A stretch of DNA of 64,000 nucleotides from Octopus vulgaris (Eukaryota): positions 52,266,001-52,330,000 of the forward strand of contig OX597833.1 in the NCBI GenBank assembly GCA_951406725.2. The letters run 5' to 3'. Both the position numbers and the translations under genes were made by a program. How positions within the stretch are numbered: the first letter of the stretch is position 1; each line of letters starts with the position of its first letter. Positions 25,901-40,288 of this stretch are shown in pieces. Below the pieces are notes generated by a model. The model had not been told where the DNA came from and searched no databases. It was given only the letters and a program-made list of their open reading frames with translations.

Positions 25901-25931
<31 letters not shown>

Positions 25932-26312
25932 GAGTATGTGTGTGTGTGTTTGTGAGTGTGTGTGTGTCTGTGAGTGTGTGTGCGTGTGTGTGTGTGTGTG
26001 TTTCTGCGTGTGTGTGTCTGTGAGTGTGCGTGCGTGTGTGTGTGTGTGTTTCTGCGTGTGTGTATGTGTGAAAGAGAGTATGTGTGTGTGTGTGTGTGTG
26101 TGTGAGTGTGTGCGTGTATGTGTGTTTCTGTGTGTGTGTGTGTGTTTCTGCGTGTGTGTGTGTGTGTGTGTATCGGTGTGCTTGTGTACGCGTGTATCCG
26201 TGTGAGTGTATCCGCGTGTGTATATACACATATGTCTATGTGTGCATGTATGCGTGTGTGTGTGTGTAAGTATATATGTATTATGTGTGTGCGTATGTGC
26301 GTGCGAGTGCGT
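25866..26312. repeat. (TG)n field with duplicated sub-blocks
   Basis: GAAAGAGAGTATGTG occurs twice and TTTCTGCGTG three times. Confidence 0.9.
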
Positions 26313-26739
26313 GGGGTGGTGGTGTTTGCGTGTGCTAGGGGTTAAGGCAAACATCTGGGGGCTGCATGTTATGCTACTCCATCCCCGTGGAGGATAGGGT
26401 TTCGAATTACCGCCGCATCCCTCCACTATCGCTAATACATTCAGTGATTGCTCTATTCTTGTACTCCTACAAGGATGTCACTGGGGATGAGCGGGTATGA
26501 TAGAATAGCCCCTCCTTCCCTCCTCCCCCTGTCCCTTCATCCACCACCCCCTCCGGCCTCTATCTAGTTTTCAAAATACCCTCTCCATCGGACAGAAATA
26601 CTGTCCTCAAGTATGTGTCCAAATGTCTCACACGCATATACACGTACTCTCTCTCTCTCCCACTCTCACCCCCTCAAACGTACGCGCGCAAGCACACGTA
26701 TTCCCAGTTACATATATGCATATATATATATATATATAT

Positions 26740-27126
26740 GGAATGGAAGCACTCCGTCGGTTACGACGACGAGGGTTCCGGTTGATCCAAATCAACGGAA
26801 CAGCCTGCTCGTGAAATTAACATGTAAGTGGCTGAGCACTCCACAGACACGTGTACCCTTAACGTAGTTCTCGGAGATATTCAGCGTGACACAGAGAGTG
26901 ACAAGGCCGGCCCTTTGAAATACAGGCACAACAGAAACAGGAAGTAAGAGTGAGAGAAAGTTGTGGTGAAAGAGTACAGCAGGGATCACCACCATCCCCT
27001 GCCGGAGCCTCGTGGAACTGTTAGGTGTTTTCGCTCAATAAACACTCACAACGCCCGGTCTGGGAATCTAAACCGCGATCCTACGAACGCGAGTCCGCTG
27101 CCCTAACTACTGGACCATTGCGCCTC

Positions 27127-27129
<3 letters not shown>
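26740..27129 (-). mobile_element. SINE type C1
   Basis: Full-length match to 50821-51205. (TTCCA)n-type tail, inserted in (TA)n. Confidence 0.95.
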
Positions 27130-27170
<41 letters not shown>

Positions 27171-27401
27171 GAGATATACACATATTCCAACAAACAGGAT
27201 CGTGTACTCACATCGACACACAGTCACTCACATACTCAATCTTTCCTGAAACAAACTCATACGAAAAGCCTTCAGTCAGGCATATACCTATACCTATGCA
27301 TACAGACATTTGAGTCAATGACACAACGCTGTTTCAGAAACATACACACACACAGATGCGCGCACAAACATTCTTAGAAAAGCGACTCATATATACAGTG
27401 T

Positions 27402-27925
27402 TCAACTGGTACTCATTTTATCGACCCCGGAAATGATGCAAAGCAAAGCCGATCACGACGGAATTCGAACCCAGAACGTAAAGGCGGACGAAATACCTAT
27501 TTCTTTTCTACCCACAAGGGGCTAAACATAGAGAGGACAAACAAGGACAGACACACGGATTAAGTCGATTATATCGACCCCAGTACGTAACTGGTACTTA
27601 ATTTATCGACCCCTAAAGGATGAAAGGCAAGGTCGACCTCGGCGGAATTTGAACTCAGAACGTAAAGAGGGACGAAATACCGCTAAACATTTCGCCCGGC
27701 GTTCTAACGATTCTACCAACTCACTGCTTTATTTCTTTTAGTAATTTGGAGCGGCTTAGTCGAGTGCATTGACAGCAATTCTCAACTGATACCTATCTCA
27801 TCGATCCCGAAAAGATGAAAGGCAAAGCCGATCTCGACGGAATTTGAACTCAGAACGTAAAGACGTACGGGTTTAGCACTAAGCATTTTGCCCGGCATGC
27901 AAACGATCCCGTCATCTCGTCGACT
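27402..27925 (-). mobile_element. SINE A tandem pair plus an older copy
   Basis: Three cores. Junction GACGAAATACCTATTTC at about 27487. Confidence 0.85.
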
Positions 27926-28364
27926 CACTTCTTAAGTGCTCGTAGTTACACTTACGCACCAAGGACTCTCTTACACTTTAGCGCTTTTTTATATCGGAAC
28001 AAGCATTTTCATTATCTCCACACATACATACATCGTATATAACATAGCATAACTCATCATACATATAAGAATAAATACAAACAGACATACATAAAGAATA
28101 TTAGCACTGAGTACTCCCAAGGCGAAAACAATATTTTATACTACCTCCAATAACCAACGGTGTAGAACTTATCCTAAATACATTTTAACGCTACATTAAC
28201 ACACTATAGATACTCCGCCTCGCAGACGTTCGTACAAAAAGGAAAATTTTATAGTTGACGGGCTCGCTGTACATTTTGAACATACAGACGCATGTACCAA
28301 AAAATTAAACAGATGTGAATGTATGGGGCACACGAACATATATGTACGCTTATATAAAAATGTG

Positions 28365-28405
<41 letters not shown>

Positions 28406-28442
28406 TGATAGACATACATGCATATAAAAACATATATATATA

Positions 28443-28476
<34 letters not shown>

Positions 28477-28515
28477 CAGAAAGAGAGAAAGAGAGAGAAA
28501 GCTAGACAGACAGAC

Positions 28516-28599
<84 letters not shown>

Positions 28600-29377
28600 G
28601 ACTAGAGAGATGAATAATTGTATATAGATAGATTCATAGGTAGATTATACGACTGTTATATGAAAAATATACACCTTAATGATAAATGTACACGCTCAAA
28701 ACAGTTACACATACACACACACACACACACATAAACGTGTGCATGTATATATTTATGTGTGTGTGTGTATATGTGTGTGTATACATGAATACGCACACAT
28801 ACTCACATGCGTATATTAATAAACACAGGTTCCTAGTACTCGCACGAATGCGCATAATAGAGAGGAAGTGACAAAAGGAGATGAAGAACGAGGGAGAGAG
28901 AGAGAGAGACAGAGAGAGAGAGACACACACAGACAGACAGGCAGGCAGAATGCAAAACAGACGAACAGACAAACAGACAAACGGACAGAGTGATGGGAAT
29001 GGGACGCTTTGAAGATTGCGATGTCTGTTTGCGAGCAGAAGATGTAATGACAATATAATGATCGCCAAAAGATTATTAGAGATTATTCGACGCCGTACAA
29101 AGTAGTTATTAATTCAGTGCTGGGATCATTCGGTAACTACATAGAAGTACATCGACCGCCTAACGTGTACTGCAGTCACCTAGACAACGAGCTGTGGCTC
29201 CATCTGGCCACCACCGGTGTCTGCTATGCACGTCTAAATTGTTTTATTTGAATCGTAAAGTGCGTTAAGAAAGGTTCAGACTCAAGAGAAAGTGAGTCGA
29301 GACGCCGTATCGGTAAAGTCGCGCAAATGATACGAATCTTTCCGCATATTGATCAAGAGTAGGAGCTCTTTGATAAT

Positions 29378-29398
29378 ACATATATATGTATATATGTG

Positions 29399-29445
<47 letters not shown>

Positions 29446-29813
29446 TATATATATATATATACGCACACATACATATATATATATATATATGAATATGTAT
29501 ATATGCATGTATATATATATGTATGTATGTATATATATGTACGTATGTATATATATATATAATATATATATATATACATATATATATACATATATATATA
29601 TATATACATACATATATACATATATATATATATGAATATTTATATATGCATGTATATATATATGTATGTATATATATATACATATATACATATATAAATA
29701 TATATATATATGTATTATGTAAATATATATATGTGTGTGTGTTTGTGTGTGTGTATGTATGTATATATGTATGTATGTGTGTGTGTGTGTTTGTATGTAT
29801 GTATACATATATA
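29378..29813. repeat. (TA)n complex microsatellite
   Basis: Read directly. Confidence 0.9.
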
Positions 29814-30147
29814 TGGAGGCGCAACGGCGGATTCGCGGTCGTAAGATCGCGGATTATTGAGCGAAAACACCTAAAGCTCTACAAGGCTCTGCTAGGGGAA
29901 GGTAGCGAACCCTGCCGTACTCTTTCACTACAACCTTCTCTAACTCTTTCTTCCTGGTTCTGTTGTACCTATATTTCGAAGGGCCAACCTTGTCACACTC
30001 TGGGGCACGCTGGATATCCCCTGAGAAGTACGTTAAGAGTACACGTGTCAGTGCAGTGCCCAGCCACTTGCACGTTAATTTCACGAGCAAGCTGTTCCGT
30101 TGATCGTATCAACTGGGAACCTCGTCGTCGTAACCGACGGTGCGCCA
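29814..30147 (+). mobile_element. Diverged SINE type C1 with head deletions
   Basis: TGGAGGCGCAA...TTGAGCGAAAACACCTAAAGCTC...CCTCGTCGTCGTAACCGACGG. Confidence 0.88.
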
Positions 30148-30162
30148 CGACATATGTATATA

Positions 30163-30223
<61 letters not shown>

Positions 30224-30291
30224 GTGTGTGTGTGTGTGCGTGTGTGTGTATTATGTATGTATGTATGTATGTATAAATGTATGTATATATT

Positions 30292-30602
30292 ATCTTTTAC
30301 TTGTCTCAGTTATTGCAGCCATGCTGGTGCACGCACTGCCTTGATTGGTTTAGTCGAACGAATGGATGCTAGTACTTACTATTTTCAAGTCTGGTACTTA
30401 TTCGATTGTTCTTTTTTTTTTTACCGAACTGCTAAGTCCGTGCGTATCACTTAGGTTGACGAGGGAAGGATGGCCTCCCTTTGCAAATACCGATAGGGCA
30501 CAGAAAGTGTGACTATAGCCAGCTGGAGGAGATGTTCTCCTTGGGCTACAAGCTACAGTAACATCCACCCTTAGTGATTAGCCATATTGAGATGGCAAAT
30601 AT

Positions 30603-30667
<65 letters not shown>

Positions 30668-30898
30668 TTATAGGCGGCGAGCTGGCAGAAGCGTTAGCGC
30701 GCTGGGCGAAATGCTTAGCGGTATTTCGTCTGTCGTTACGTTCTGAGTTCAAATTCCGCCGAGGTCGACTTTGCCTTTCATTCTTTCGGGGTCGATAAAT
30801 TAAGTACCAGTTACGCACTGGGGTTGATGTAATCAACTTAATCCCTTTGTTTGTCCTTGTTTGTCCCCTCTATGTTTAGCCCCTTGTGGGCAGTAAAG

Positions 30899-30952
<54 letters not shown>

Positions 30953-31105
30953 GACGGGCTTCTTTCGATTTCTACTAAACAAATGCAGTTACAAGGGCTT
31001 TGGTAGGCTCGAGGATATAATTAAAAGACACTTGCAGAAGATGGCACGCAATAGAACTGAACCTGGAAACAGGTGGCTGGGAAGCAAACTTCTTATAATA
31101 CAGCC
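30292..31105 (-). mobile_element. Old SINE B halves (30292-30440 and 30950-31105) separated by later insertions
   Basis: Degenerate matches to both halves of type B. Confidence 0.6.
30672..30903 (+). mobile_element. Full-length SINE type A in (TA)n
   Basis: AGGCGGCGAGCTGGCAG...GAGTTCAAATTCC...GTGGGCAGTAAAGAAATA. Confidence 0.95.
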
Positions 31106-31626
31106 TAGGCAACTATTATAAAACACCTATTGCGTTTCGTTTTCCAGAAATCCAATAAATAATCTTAAGCTAAGATTTTGGTAACAGCTGCAAGGAGAAT
31201 GAATACACAATAACAAAAATTATTATCACAACACTAAAAAGTTTAAACCTAAAGATGGGATTACAGAATGTCATACTAAATCGTTGGCAAGAAAAGCCCC
31301 TGCTTGAATAATACCTGGCAAGAATGAGCGAAACGGATGTGGAGAAATAAATATAGAAAGGAAACTAGCACCGGCTTAGAAATGCAGGACCTGAAGCTGG
31401 AATGCTGAAACTAAATATTTCCGAATCCTTTTTCGGATTTTTTTTTTTTTTTTTAATTTTTTTTAATACCACGGCACAAGACCAAAGTCTTCCCATCAGA
31501 AATTTCCGAAAATAAATATAATGAAGCTGAATACGAAAAGTAACTGTTGATTAAGAGGAAGTTTCCGAAGCAACGAAGTCACCTTGTTTCTGGGTGCCTA
31601 TAATTATCCAAAAGAGAAGCAGTCTG

Positions 31627-31693
<67 letters not shown>

Positions 31694-32020
31694 CTCTCTC
31701 TATGAATCTATCTATCTATCTATCTACCTTTGTGTGTGCGTGTGTTTGTGTTTGTGTGTATGTGTGTATGTATCTGTCTGTCTGTCTGTCTATCTGTCTG
31801 TCTGTCTGTCTGTCTGTTTGTATGTATGTATGTATGTATGTATGTATGAGTGTGTATATACGGCTGTATGCGTGTGTGTGTATACGTGCATATAGATATA
31901 TGCGTGGTGTCTAGCTCGAAGATTTGAAGCTCCCATATACTGGAAACTATGCCAATATCATGGAATGCCAACAAAGAAAAGATGGCACACAAGCAAGGGA
32001 ATTAAGGTAAAGCGTCCAGG

Positions 32021-32230
32021 CAGGGCCACATTAAAACCCATTGAGGCCCTAAGCACTAAAAGATTTTAGTACTCCACTATATATCTGATTCGAGATATAA
32101 ACAATAATAAACCATAAAATATATTTTTTTTAAATTTCAATTAAGACTAACAGTAAGATAGAAAATAATGTTTATTTTTGAATGTATACTTCCATCTTAT
32201 TTACATTTGAACCGGTGATAGTTTGCTTTT
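32021..32230. mobile_element. Possible hAT-type MITE remnant
   Basis: Starts CAGGGCCACATTAAAACCCATTGAGGCCCTAAGCAC, like CAGGGCCGG.TT hAT termini. No matching end or TSD found. Confidence 0.35.
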
Positions 32231-32414
32231 AGGCTCCTGAAAGGTAGCAGTTCAGCAAAAGAGACCCTTAAAGTAAGTAGTTGATAAAAAATAGAAAGCA
32301 CAAATACTAGTTATCGATTTGTTCGACTAACACCCCTCAAGGTAGCGTCCCAGCATTTCGCAGTCCAATAACTGAAACAACTAAAAGATCTATCTATCTA
32401 TCTATGTATCTATG

Positions 32415-32447
<33 letters not shown>

Positions 32448-32525
32448 GTCTATCTATCTGTCAATCAATTTATCTATTTATCTGTCTGTTTATCTATCCA
32501 TGCATGTACATATGTATGTTCGTAC

Positions 32526-32566
<41 letters not shown>

Positions 32567-33267
32567 CATGTATGTATGTGAGTATGTATATACGTACATA
32601 CGTATGTATAAGCCATGTGGGGCTGCGCCCATCACTCGCTCTGCTTAGTGTGTAGAACAGAAGGGACATATTGTATGGCTGTTCGTCCACCAAGAATTTA
32701 GACGAATGGATGTTTGTAAAATATGTAACACATTATAAGTAATATGAATATGGATATGTTTATCTCATCTGCTTGCTAGTTAGTTTAGATAAACAAATAT
32801 GTTTTCATTTGTAACGATTTTTGAAAATATTTGTAAATAGTTTTCCATTTTTGTTAATAATATTTATATATCAGACTCTTTCCTATTAACATAAAATCTC
32901 GACAAAGTTTCGACATTTGAAAAAAATGACACAATATTTCATAATATACGCAGTTACGTAAGAAAACATACGTACACGCAAATATGTTTAAATGTGACTG
33001 AGGCTAATTATTTTGTTGTTTTTTTAAAATTTGTCATGCCACAAAATAATAGTGAAAGGTTTGGTGAAGTCACTATGTGAAAGTTTCTTTCGCTTTTGAC
33101 CCTTTTACGTAATCAACTCAGTGAAAGAGAGCCAAAGAGAAATTAAAAGAAGGCAGTGAAGAGGGAGAAAGGAACCGAGCATTGCTTCAACTCCTGCACC
33201 CTTTGTGACATTGACACAAAGTCGCCAATCGGTGTCTTTTCTATCGTTTTTACCACAGGCAAATTCC

Positions 33268-33428
33268 AAGAATTTAAATTTTGCTGTTCTCTCCCTTCTA
33301 TATTTTGCTTTGATTGCCAAAAATTATAATAAACAGTAACGATTTTCCCTCTTAAAGGTTAATATCATTTGGTTAAGATTCAATTTTGGCTTACTCCATT
33401 AAATACTCCACGCCACCAACCACACTTT
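33268..33428 (+). repeat. ~160-bp direct repeat (second copy 34451-34608)
   Basis: CAAGAATTTAAATTTTGC...CACGCCACCAACCACACTT in both copies, moderately diverged. Confidence 0.9.
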
Positions 33429-33429
33429 G

Positions 33430-33680
33430 TGCCGTCTCGCCTGATTCAGAACTGACAGAGCCTTCAAAAAATGCTGTTATGTTTCCACGAATAAGGAAGT
33501 CTTTCTACAACCATAGCTCTTTTTCCTTCTCAAACTGCCAAATTCTCGAACTCTCTTCCACCTTAATGTTTCCCCACTTCTTATGACCTGAACTCTTTCA
33601 TATCTAAAGTAAACTCATTCCATTCATCTTTACTTCTTCTTCATAGACCCTTACATGAAGTGGCTTCTCGTATTGTTTGA
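33430..33680 (+). mobile_element. Decayed CR1/Jockey-group LINE 3' end
   Basis: Translates in pieces to AVMFPRIRKSFYNHS and NSLPP*CFPTSYDLNSFISKVN (cf. LWNSLP..VFP.SYDLNSFK..V). Confidence 0.6.
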
Positions 33681-34138
33681 GCCAGTCTAATAAAGAAAAA
33701 CAATGAAGCGGAAAATACGTTCAGCTTTACAGAAGCGCATGTTGTGGAAACATTTACAGGAGCGCCACTATTCCATTCTGAGGGAATATCTGTGCATCGA
33801 ATGTTTATACATAATACAATGTAATCAATACAGAAATGTAGAGCATAATATAAATAGGTTGATAAAAAAATTGTTTAAAATTTTTCACAAATAATATCTA
33901 TTTCATTCTTCATGAATATATTTTTCCTCTTAGACGATGAATCACAGCTTCTGGTCTTTAAGCAACACACGTGCGCTAAATTTATGGTATTGATAATATG
34001 TTCTGTTATTTTGTTGTTTCCAGCTTTTGCACTCATTCTTTCTAGAGTCTGGTAATTGCTCTATGATTTACTGAGAAGATACATACTTTTAACAAAAAAC
34101 AGATTAACTTCTGCAATATGTCGTCCCTTTCTATATTA

Positions 34139-34435
34139 AAAAAAACGTCGCCAACTCAAGCCTAGCCAGGCTCATGGGCCCGGTTTCCCGGTTTCTGTGG
34201 CGTATGTGTTCCCCCCAGCTGGACGGGACGCTAGTCCATCGCAGCGTTACTCAAGAAACAGGTAGAGAGAGTAAGAGAAAGTTGTGGCGAAAGAGTACAA
34301 CAAGGGTCGCCACAATCCCTGCCGGAGTCTCATGGAGCTTTTAGGTGTTTTCGCTCAATAAACACACACAACGCCCGGTCTGGGAATCGAAACCGTGATC
34401 CTCCCACCGCGAGTCCGCTGCCATTGCGCCTCCAC
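34139..34435 (-). mobile_element. SINE type C2
   Basis: Homologous to 55495-55803. Imperfect 15-bp TSD TCCCTTTCTATATTA / TCCCATTCCATATTA (34124-34138 / 34436-34450). Confidence 0.9.
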
Positions 34436-35049
34436 TCCCATTCCATATTACAAGAATTTAAATTTTGCAGTTCTCTTCCTTCTATATTTTGTTTTGATTG
34501 CCGAATATTATCATAAACAGTAACGATTTTTCTTCTTATAGATTGATATTTGGTTAAGATTCAATTTTGACTTACTCCATTAAATACTTCACGCCACCAA
34601 CCACACTTAACTTCATGCAGAAGTCACCATTGGAAAAATTCATCCAGTGTCATCATTTTCAACAATATCTCAAAGTGAAACAAATTATTTGTTCTCTCTT
34701 AGGGGGAAGAACGTGCAGAACCAATGACTCAATTGCAGAGCTTCCGGGACAAGTGAAAAGAAGGAACGTAGTTTTCCTTAGACAAGGAATCTAAGTGGAT
34801 TATTTGCAAAATAATTTTCTCCGCTGAGTTACCCAAGAGCCAGGTAATAAATAACGTCTACCAGCCAAGAAACATATCGTTCCTCCGAGAGGATCACACA
34901 CAGATTTGATCAAGCAAATTTCTATCACAATATTTGGTAGAACTCTAGGCTATCGTAGAATACACTTACCTTATATGCTAAGCATTAGCATAGAACACAG
35001 AAACCCGTAATTGTCTATACTCAAAACGGAACACTTTCCTCAAATTTGA

Positions 35050-35273
35050 GACCCTGCATCACCAACCCGCCTGAAACCGCATTTGGCTCTGTAGTACATG
35101 TCTTGTTTTCAAAAGTTCTGGTTTAGAATCTTCCTCAAAACTTCGTCACAATTAATGTTCCTAACACTAGCTTAATGATAACCAAATTATGTTACTAAAT
35201 TCTTTGCTATATTTAAAATTAATTGAAAGAAACACATAATATCACAACAGAAATACATTAACAAAAGGATTAA
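35050..35273. mobile_element. Possible piggyBac-like MITE remnant
   Basis: Ends AACAAAAGGATTAA, a degenerate AAAGGG-TTAA terminus. Left end decayed. Confidence 0.35.
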
Positions 35274-35773
35274 AAAGATTGATATTTCTTGTCTGAATTC
35301 GCAGTTGCGGAATGATATTAAGTTTATGGTTTCGATTTCGAATTCAGCTAGTCTACATAACAGAATTTTTACTTCGGCATGAAGCTTGCTTGGACAAGTT
35401 CTTCTTTTATAGCCTCGAGACGACCAGTGAGTCGAATGAATTTGGAAGATTGAAATGGTGTAGAAGTTCATTATATGTATGTGTGTGTATCTGTGGTAGT
35501 GGTGAGGGTCGTATTTACATTCTGGTAACGTAGTAGTCTCGACAAAAGAAGCAGATAGGATAAGTACCATTCTATCAAAAAACAAGTTCGACTAAACCCT
35601 TCAACCCTGAATTTGTTCGACTAACCCCTTCAATACGGTGCCCCAACTTGGCTGCAATCTAGTGACTAAAACGGTGAACCTACACATACACACACACTTT
35701 TGTATGAATGTGTGCGTGCATAAGTATGTTTGTAGGTATATCTACATATATGTATACGTGTGTGTGTGTGGGG

Positions 35774-35841
<68 letters not shown>

Positions 35842-35925
35842 TGTATGTATATAAATGAATATACCTATATACGTATTTGGGTATATATATATATATCTGT
35901 ATGAGCATGCGTGTGTATCTACATA

Positions 35926-36316
35926 TACTCTTTACTCTTTTACTTGTTTCAGTCATTTGACTGTGCCCATGCTGGAGCACCGCCTTTTAGTCGAGCAAAT
36001 CGACCCCGGGACTTATTCTTTGTAAGCCCAGTACTTATTCTATCGGTCTCTTTTGCCGAACCGCTAAGTGTCGGGGACATAAACACACCAGCATCGGTTG
36101 TCAAGCAATGCTAGGGGGACAAACACAAACACATACATATATATATATACATATATACGACAGGCTTCTTTCAGTTTCCGTCTACCAAATCCACTCACAA
36201 GGCATTGGTCGGCCCGGGGCTATAGCAGAAGACACTCGCAAAAGATGCCACGCTGTGGGACTGTACCCTGAACCATGTGGTTGGTTAGCAAGCTACTTAC
36301 CACACAGCCATTCCTG
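35926..36316 (-). mobile_element. Full-length SINE type B with short internal microsatellite
   Basis: Collinear and highly similar to 55872-56267. (AAAGAGT)n-type tail. Confidence 0.95.
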
Positions 36317-36847
36317 TATAACATAAGTGAAATAAAAGAGCTCAATAACAATTTGGCAGAGTTCAATTATGTAATTACATTCATACATGCACTACATGCA
36401 AATATAACCATTTCTGCGTGCGTGTGTGCGCGTGTGCGTGCGGGTATATGCGTGTGTGCAAATACGTGCCTGTTTGCATGTACGTGTGTGCGTGTGTGTG
36501 TGCGCGCGCGCGATTCTACGTGTGTGTTTATGAACACTCATTGGTAAATTAAATTTGTTATTTATCTATCTAACACTTCCACACTTCCATATCGTATAAC
36601 TACAGCTCGGAACCCCAGCCTCAACTGAACTCCCCCCTACCATCTACACCCCTCCTCGTCACGTGTCATTCTCTGTTCCCGCTATATTTCCTACGCCATC
36701 TTCCTCCCTCTTCACTAATAACCTTAAACCCCCCAGAAACAAGGAATGAATTAAAATGGAATCTCTACGACTCATTAAAACATCTTTTATACATTTTCCC
36801 ACCCCGGAGAACTTTCCCATAACCATATATTAATTGTATCACGTACT

Positions 36848-37322
36848 CCCACCACCACCACCACAACAACCACCACCACCACAACCCCCACCACCACCAC
36901 CACCACCACCACCACCACCACCACCATCACAACCACCACAACCACCATCACCACCAACACCACCAACACCACCACCACCACCTCCACCACCACTACCATC
37001 ACCACCACCACCACCGCCACCACCACCATCACCACCACCACCACCCACCACCACCACCACCACTACCACCACCACCACCACCTCCGCCACCACCACCTCC
37101 GCCACCACCACCTCCACCACCACCTCCACCACCACCACCATAACCACCACCACCACCACCACCAGCACCTCCGCCACCACTACCATCACCACCACCACCA
37201 CTATCACAACCACCACAACCACCATCACCACCAACACCACCAACACCACCACCACCACCACCACCCCACCCCATCCCACCCCACCACCACCACCACCACC
37301 ACCACTAACAATAACAACAACA
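36848..37322. repeat. (CCA)n trinucleotide array
   Basis: Read directly. It explains the poly-P/T/G/V ORFs. Confidence 0.95.
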
Positions 37323-37549
37323 TTTTTCAAGACCTCGCACCACAACCGCTGACACTACCGCTGGCAACGTTACTATAATAATTACTACAGATATTCTCCA
37401 CGCCAGCGCTAAAATGTAACTGACTTTCAACAACTATTGACTTCCGGTTTCAAAATTAAGTAATTTCCGGAACAGTTCTTAAGCGTATGATAATCTTTGT
37501 TTTAACACATACTCTCAGTATATAACATCGAGATGTGGTTCAAACTGTG

Positions 37550-37881
37550 CGACGTTGGTTCATCTGGGATACTTGACAGGAAGAGGTCCAGCTTTATTTT
37601 GAAGACACCTACATCCACCTCCTTTAGGTCGCTCAGATCCTTCGGGAGGATATTTAAGAGTTGTGGACCTCTGAAACGCAGGCTATTGCAGTATCTTTTC
37701 CGACATATTGATGGCAAATTTGGAGTCCTTGGTACTATGCAGTGGCACCCAGCTCTAGTATTTGTGTAACGCACGATGCCAAAATTTGGGACAAGTTCTT
37801 CCAGTATCTTCAAGATGTATATTATGGCATATCTTTCTCGCCTACGCTCTAAGGAATAGAGTTTTAATCTCTTGAGTCATT

Positions 37882-37882
<1 letters not shown>
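37550..37882 (-). mobile_element. CR1-group LINE C-terminal fragment
   Basis: [33 protein letters not shown]...GPQLLNILPKDL...FKIKLDLFLSSIPDEP, typical of the post-RT region of CR1-like elements. Confidence 0.85.
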
Positions 37883-38206
<324 letters not shown>

Positions 38207-38886
38207 CGACGGGCTTTTTTCAGTTTCCGTCAACCAAATCCACACACAAGATTTGGTGTTGGTTAGTGGTGACGGTGGCGGCAGTGGCGGCGTCGGTGGC
38301 AGCAGCGACGCTGATGGTGATAATTCAAGTCGGTTTCGAAGGGACAACTTGCTAAATTGCATAGATAGAAAATATCACATACGAGTATGGGTCTCACTTA
38401 CAGCTGGCATGAGACTGATAAACATCCACAAAGTCAGTAAGATTATAAAGTGCAAAGCTTAATAAATTAAGACACATATCTACAGAAGCCCTAACATATA
38501 TGCAGGCACACACACAAACACACACAAGAGAAATACATAAAGACATGCATACATACATACATACATACATACATACATACATACATACATACATACATAC
38601 ATACATACATACATGCATTCCATTATATCATGTCAACTTGGGAGAATTCCTGATTCTTTAGATTGCCTGCCTATCTCATATGGAGCTGTTCTCAATTACC
38701 ATTTAGTCATTGCGACATATGCTGTATAAACGGAGATAGTTTTAATAAATCAGGAAATTATGTTGTATGGTATTTGATATGTCTGTATGTGACTATGCCA
38801 TACATGCAAATTGGCATGGCAAGACTTGCCTTCACATAGGTGCAGACTTGAACATACATACATACATACATACATACATACATACA

Positions 38887-38922
<36 letters not shown>

Positions 38923-38926
38923 TATA

Positions 38927-39487
38927 GGGAGAATTCATGAAAAAGTATTTTACGTTTCGAGCCTACGCTCTTTCTCAGAAAGGAACACATAAAGAAACAA
39001 GGAGAGAAACACGGAGAGAAAAAAAAGTGAATAGTGGCTCCGATCTATCATGGCGACTATATCTATGGGAAAAAAAAGTCAAGATAGAAAATGCTAAAAT
39101 AATTTTATACAAACATTTCAGTACCAGTTTCACTCATTGAAACTTTTTCAACTGTAATTATGGAAAACAATTACATTTTGCAAAAATGAAAAGAAAAGTT
39201 TTTTAAAAGAATATTTGCATACGGTTCAAATACAAGTGGCATTTTCCTTGTTTCTGCCTGTCTCTGTCTCTGTCTCTCTTGTTTACTCTTGTGGGATTGA
39301 GGTCTTTAGATCGGTTGCCACTACACACATTTTTTTCTCTCCTTGTTTCTTTCTGTGATCCTTTCTGTGAAAGAGCGTAGGCTCGAAACGTAAAACACTT
39401 TTTTCAATCCCTGAGCGTTATACTAATACATCTGTTTGTTTTCTACACCACCCGTCTTCGTCTTTCGTTTTTTCGTGAATTCTCCCC
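38927..39487. mobile_element. Foldback element between (TA)n tracts with hammerhead-like motifs, probably Penelope-like-derived
   Basis: Termini GGGAGAATTCATGAAAAA / TTTTTCGTGAATTCTCCC. Arms share AAAGAGCGTAGGCTCGAAACGTAAAA in opposite orientation (about 38949-38974 and 39370-39395). Confidence 0.75.
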
Positions 39488-39597
<110 letters not shown>

Positions 39598-39659
39598 TAT
39601 TATTATTATATATATATATATATATATATATTCAGATACATACACATGTATGTATGTAT

Positions 39660-39707
<48 letters not shown>

Positions 39708-40001
39708 ATATATATATATCACATATGCTTTTTCCCTTTCTCGCACGCGTTCCTCTGTCTCTCTCCCTCTCTCTTTCTCTCTATCCATCTGCTTTACTAG
39801 CTAGCAAGCTATATATGTTTCCCTATTTCGCTAGGTATTGACTTATTAACTATCTAGCTTTAAAGACACTCCTATACATGCAGATGCAGGCTCAATATAC
39901 ATGTACACGTACGCATATTTAATCATGGAAATAATTTCTACACACCCAATAGTCTACATACACATACATGCATGCATATGGGACCAGTGTATTGCTGTGT
40001 A

Positions 40002-40288
40002 TTGTTGTTGTTTGTTCCTTCTCGAGCCACGCCTGGCTCATAAGGGCCAGTTTCCCGGTTTCATTGGCGTATAGGTTCCCCACCTGGAAGGGACGCCGGT
40101 CCGTCGCAGGTGAGCTGCAAGGTGCAGGAAGAAAGAGTGAGAGAAATTTATGGCGAAAGAGTCAGCAGAAGTTCGCCATTCCCTTCTGTCGGAGCCGCGT
40201 GGACCTGAGGTGTTTTGCTCATAAACATACACATCGCGCGGTCTGAAATTCGAACCGCTGCACTAACCACTAGGCCATGTGCCTTCAC
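40002..40288 (-). mobile_element. SINE type C2 with (CAA)n tail
   Basis: Homologous to 203-489. Confidence 0.9.
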
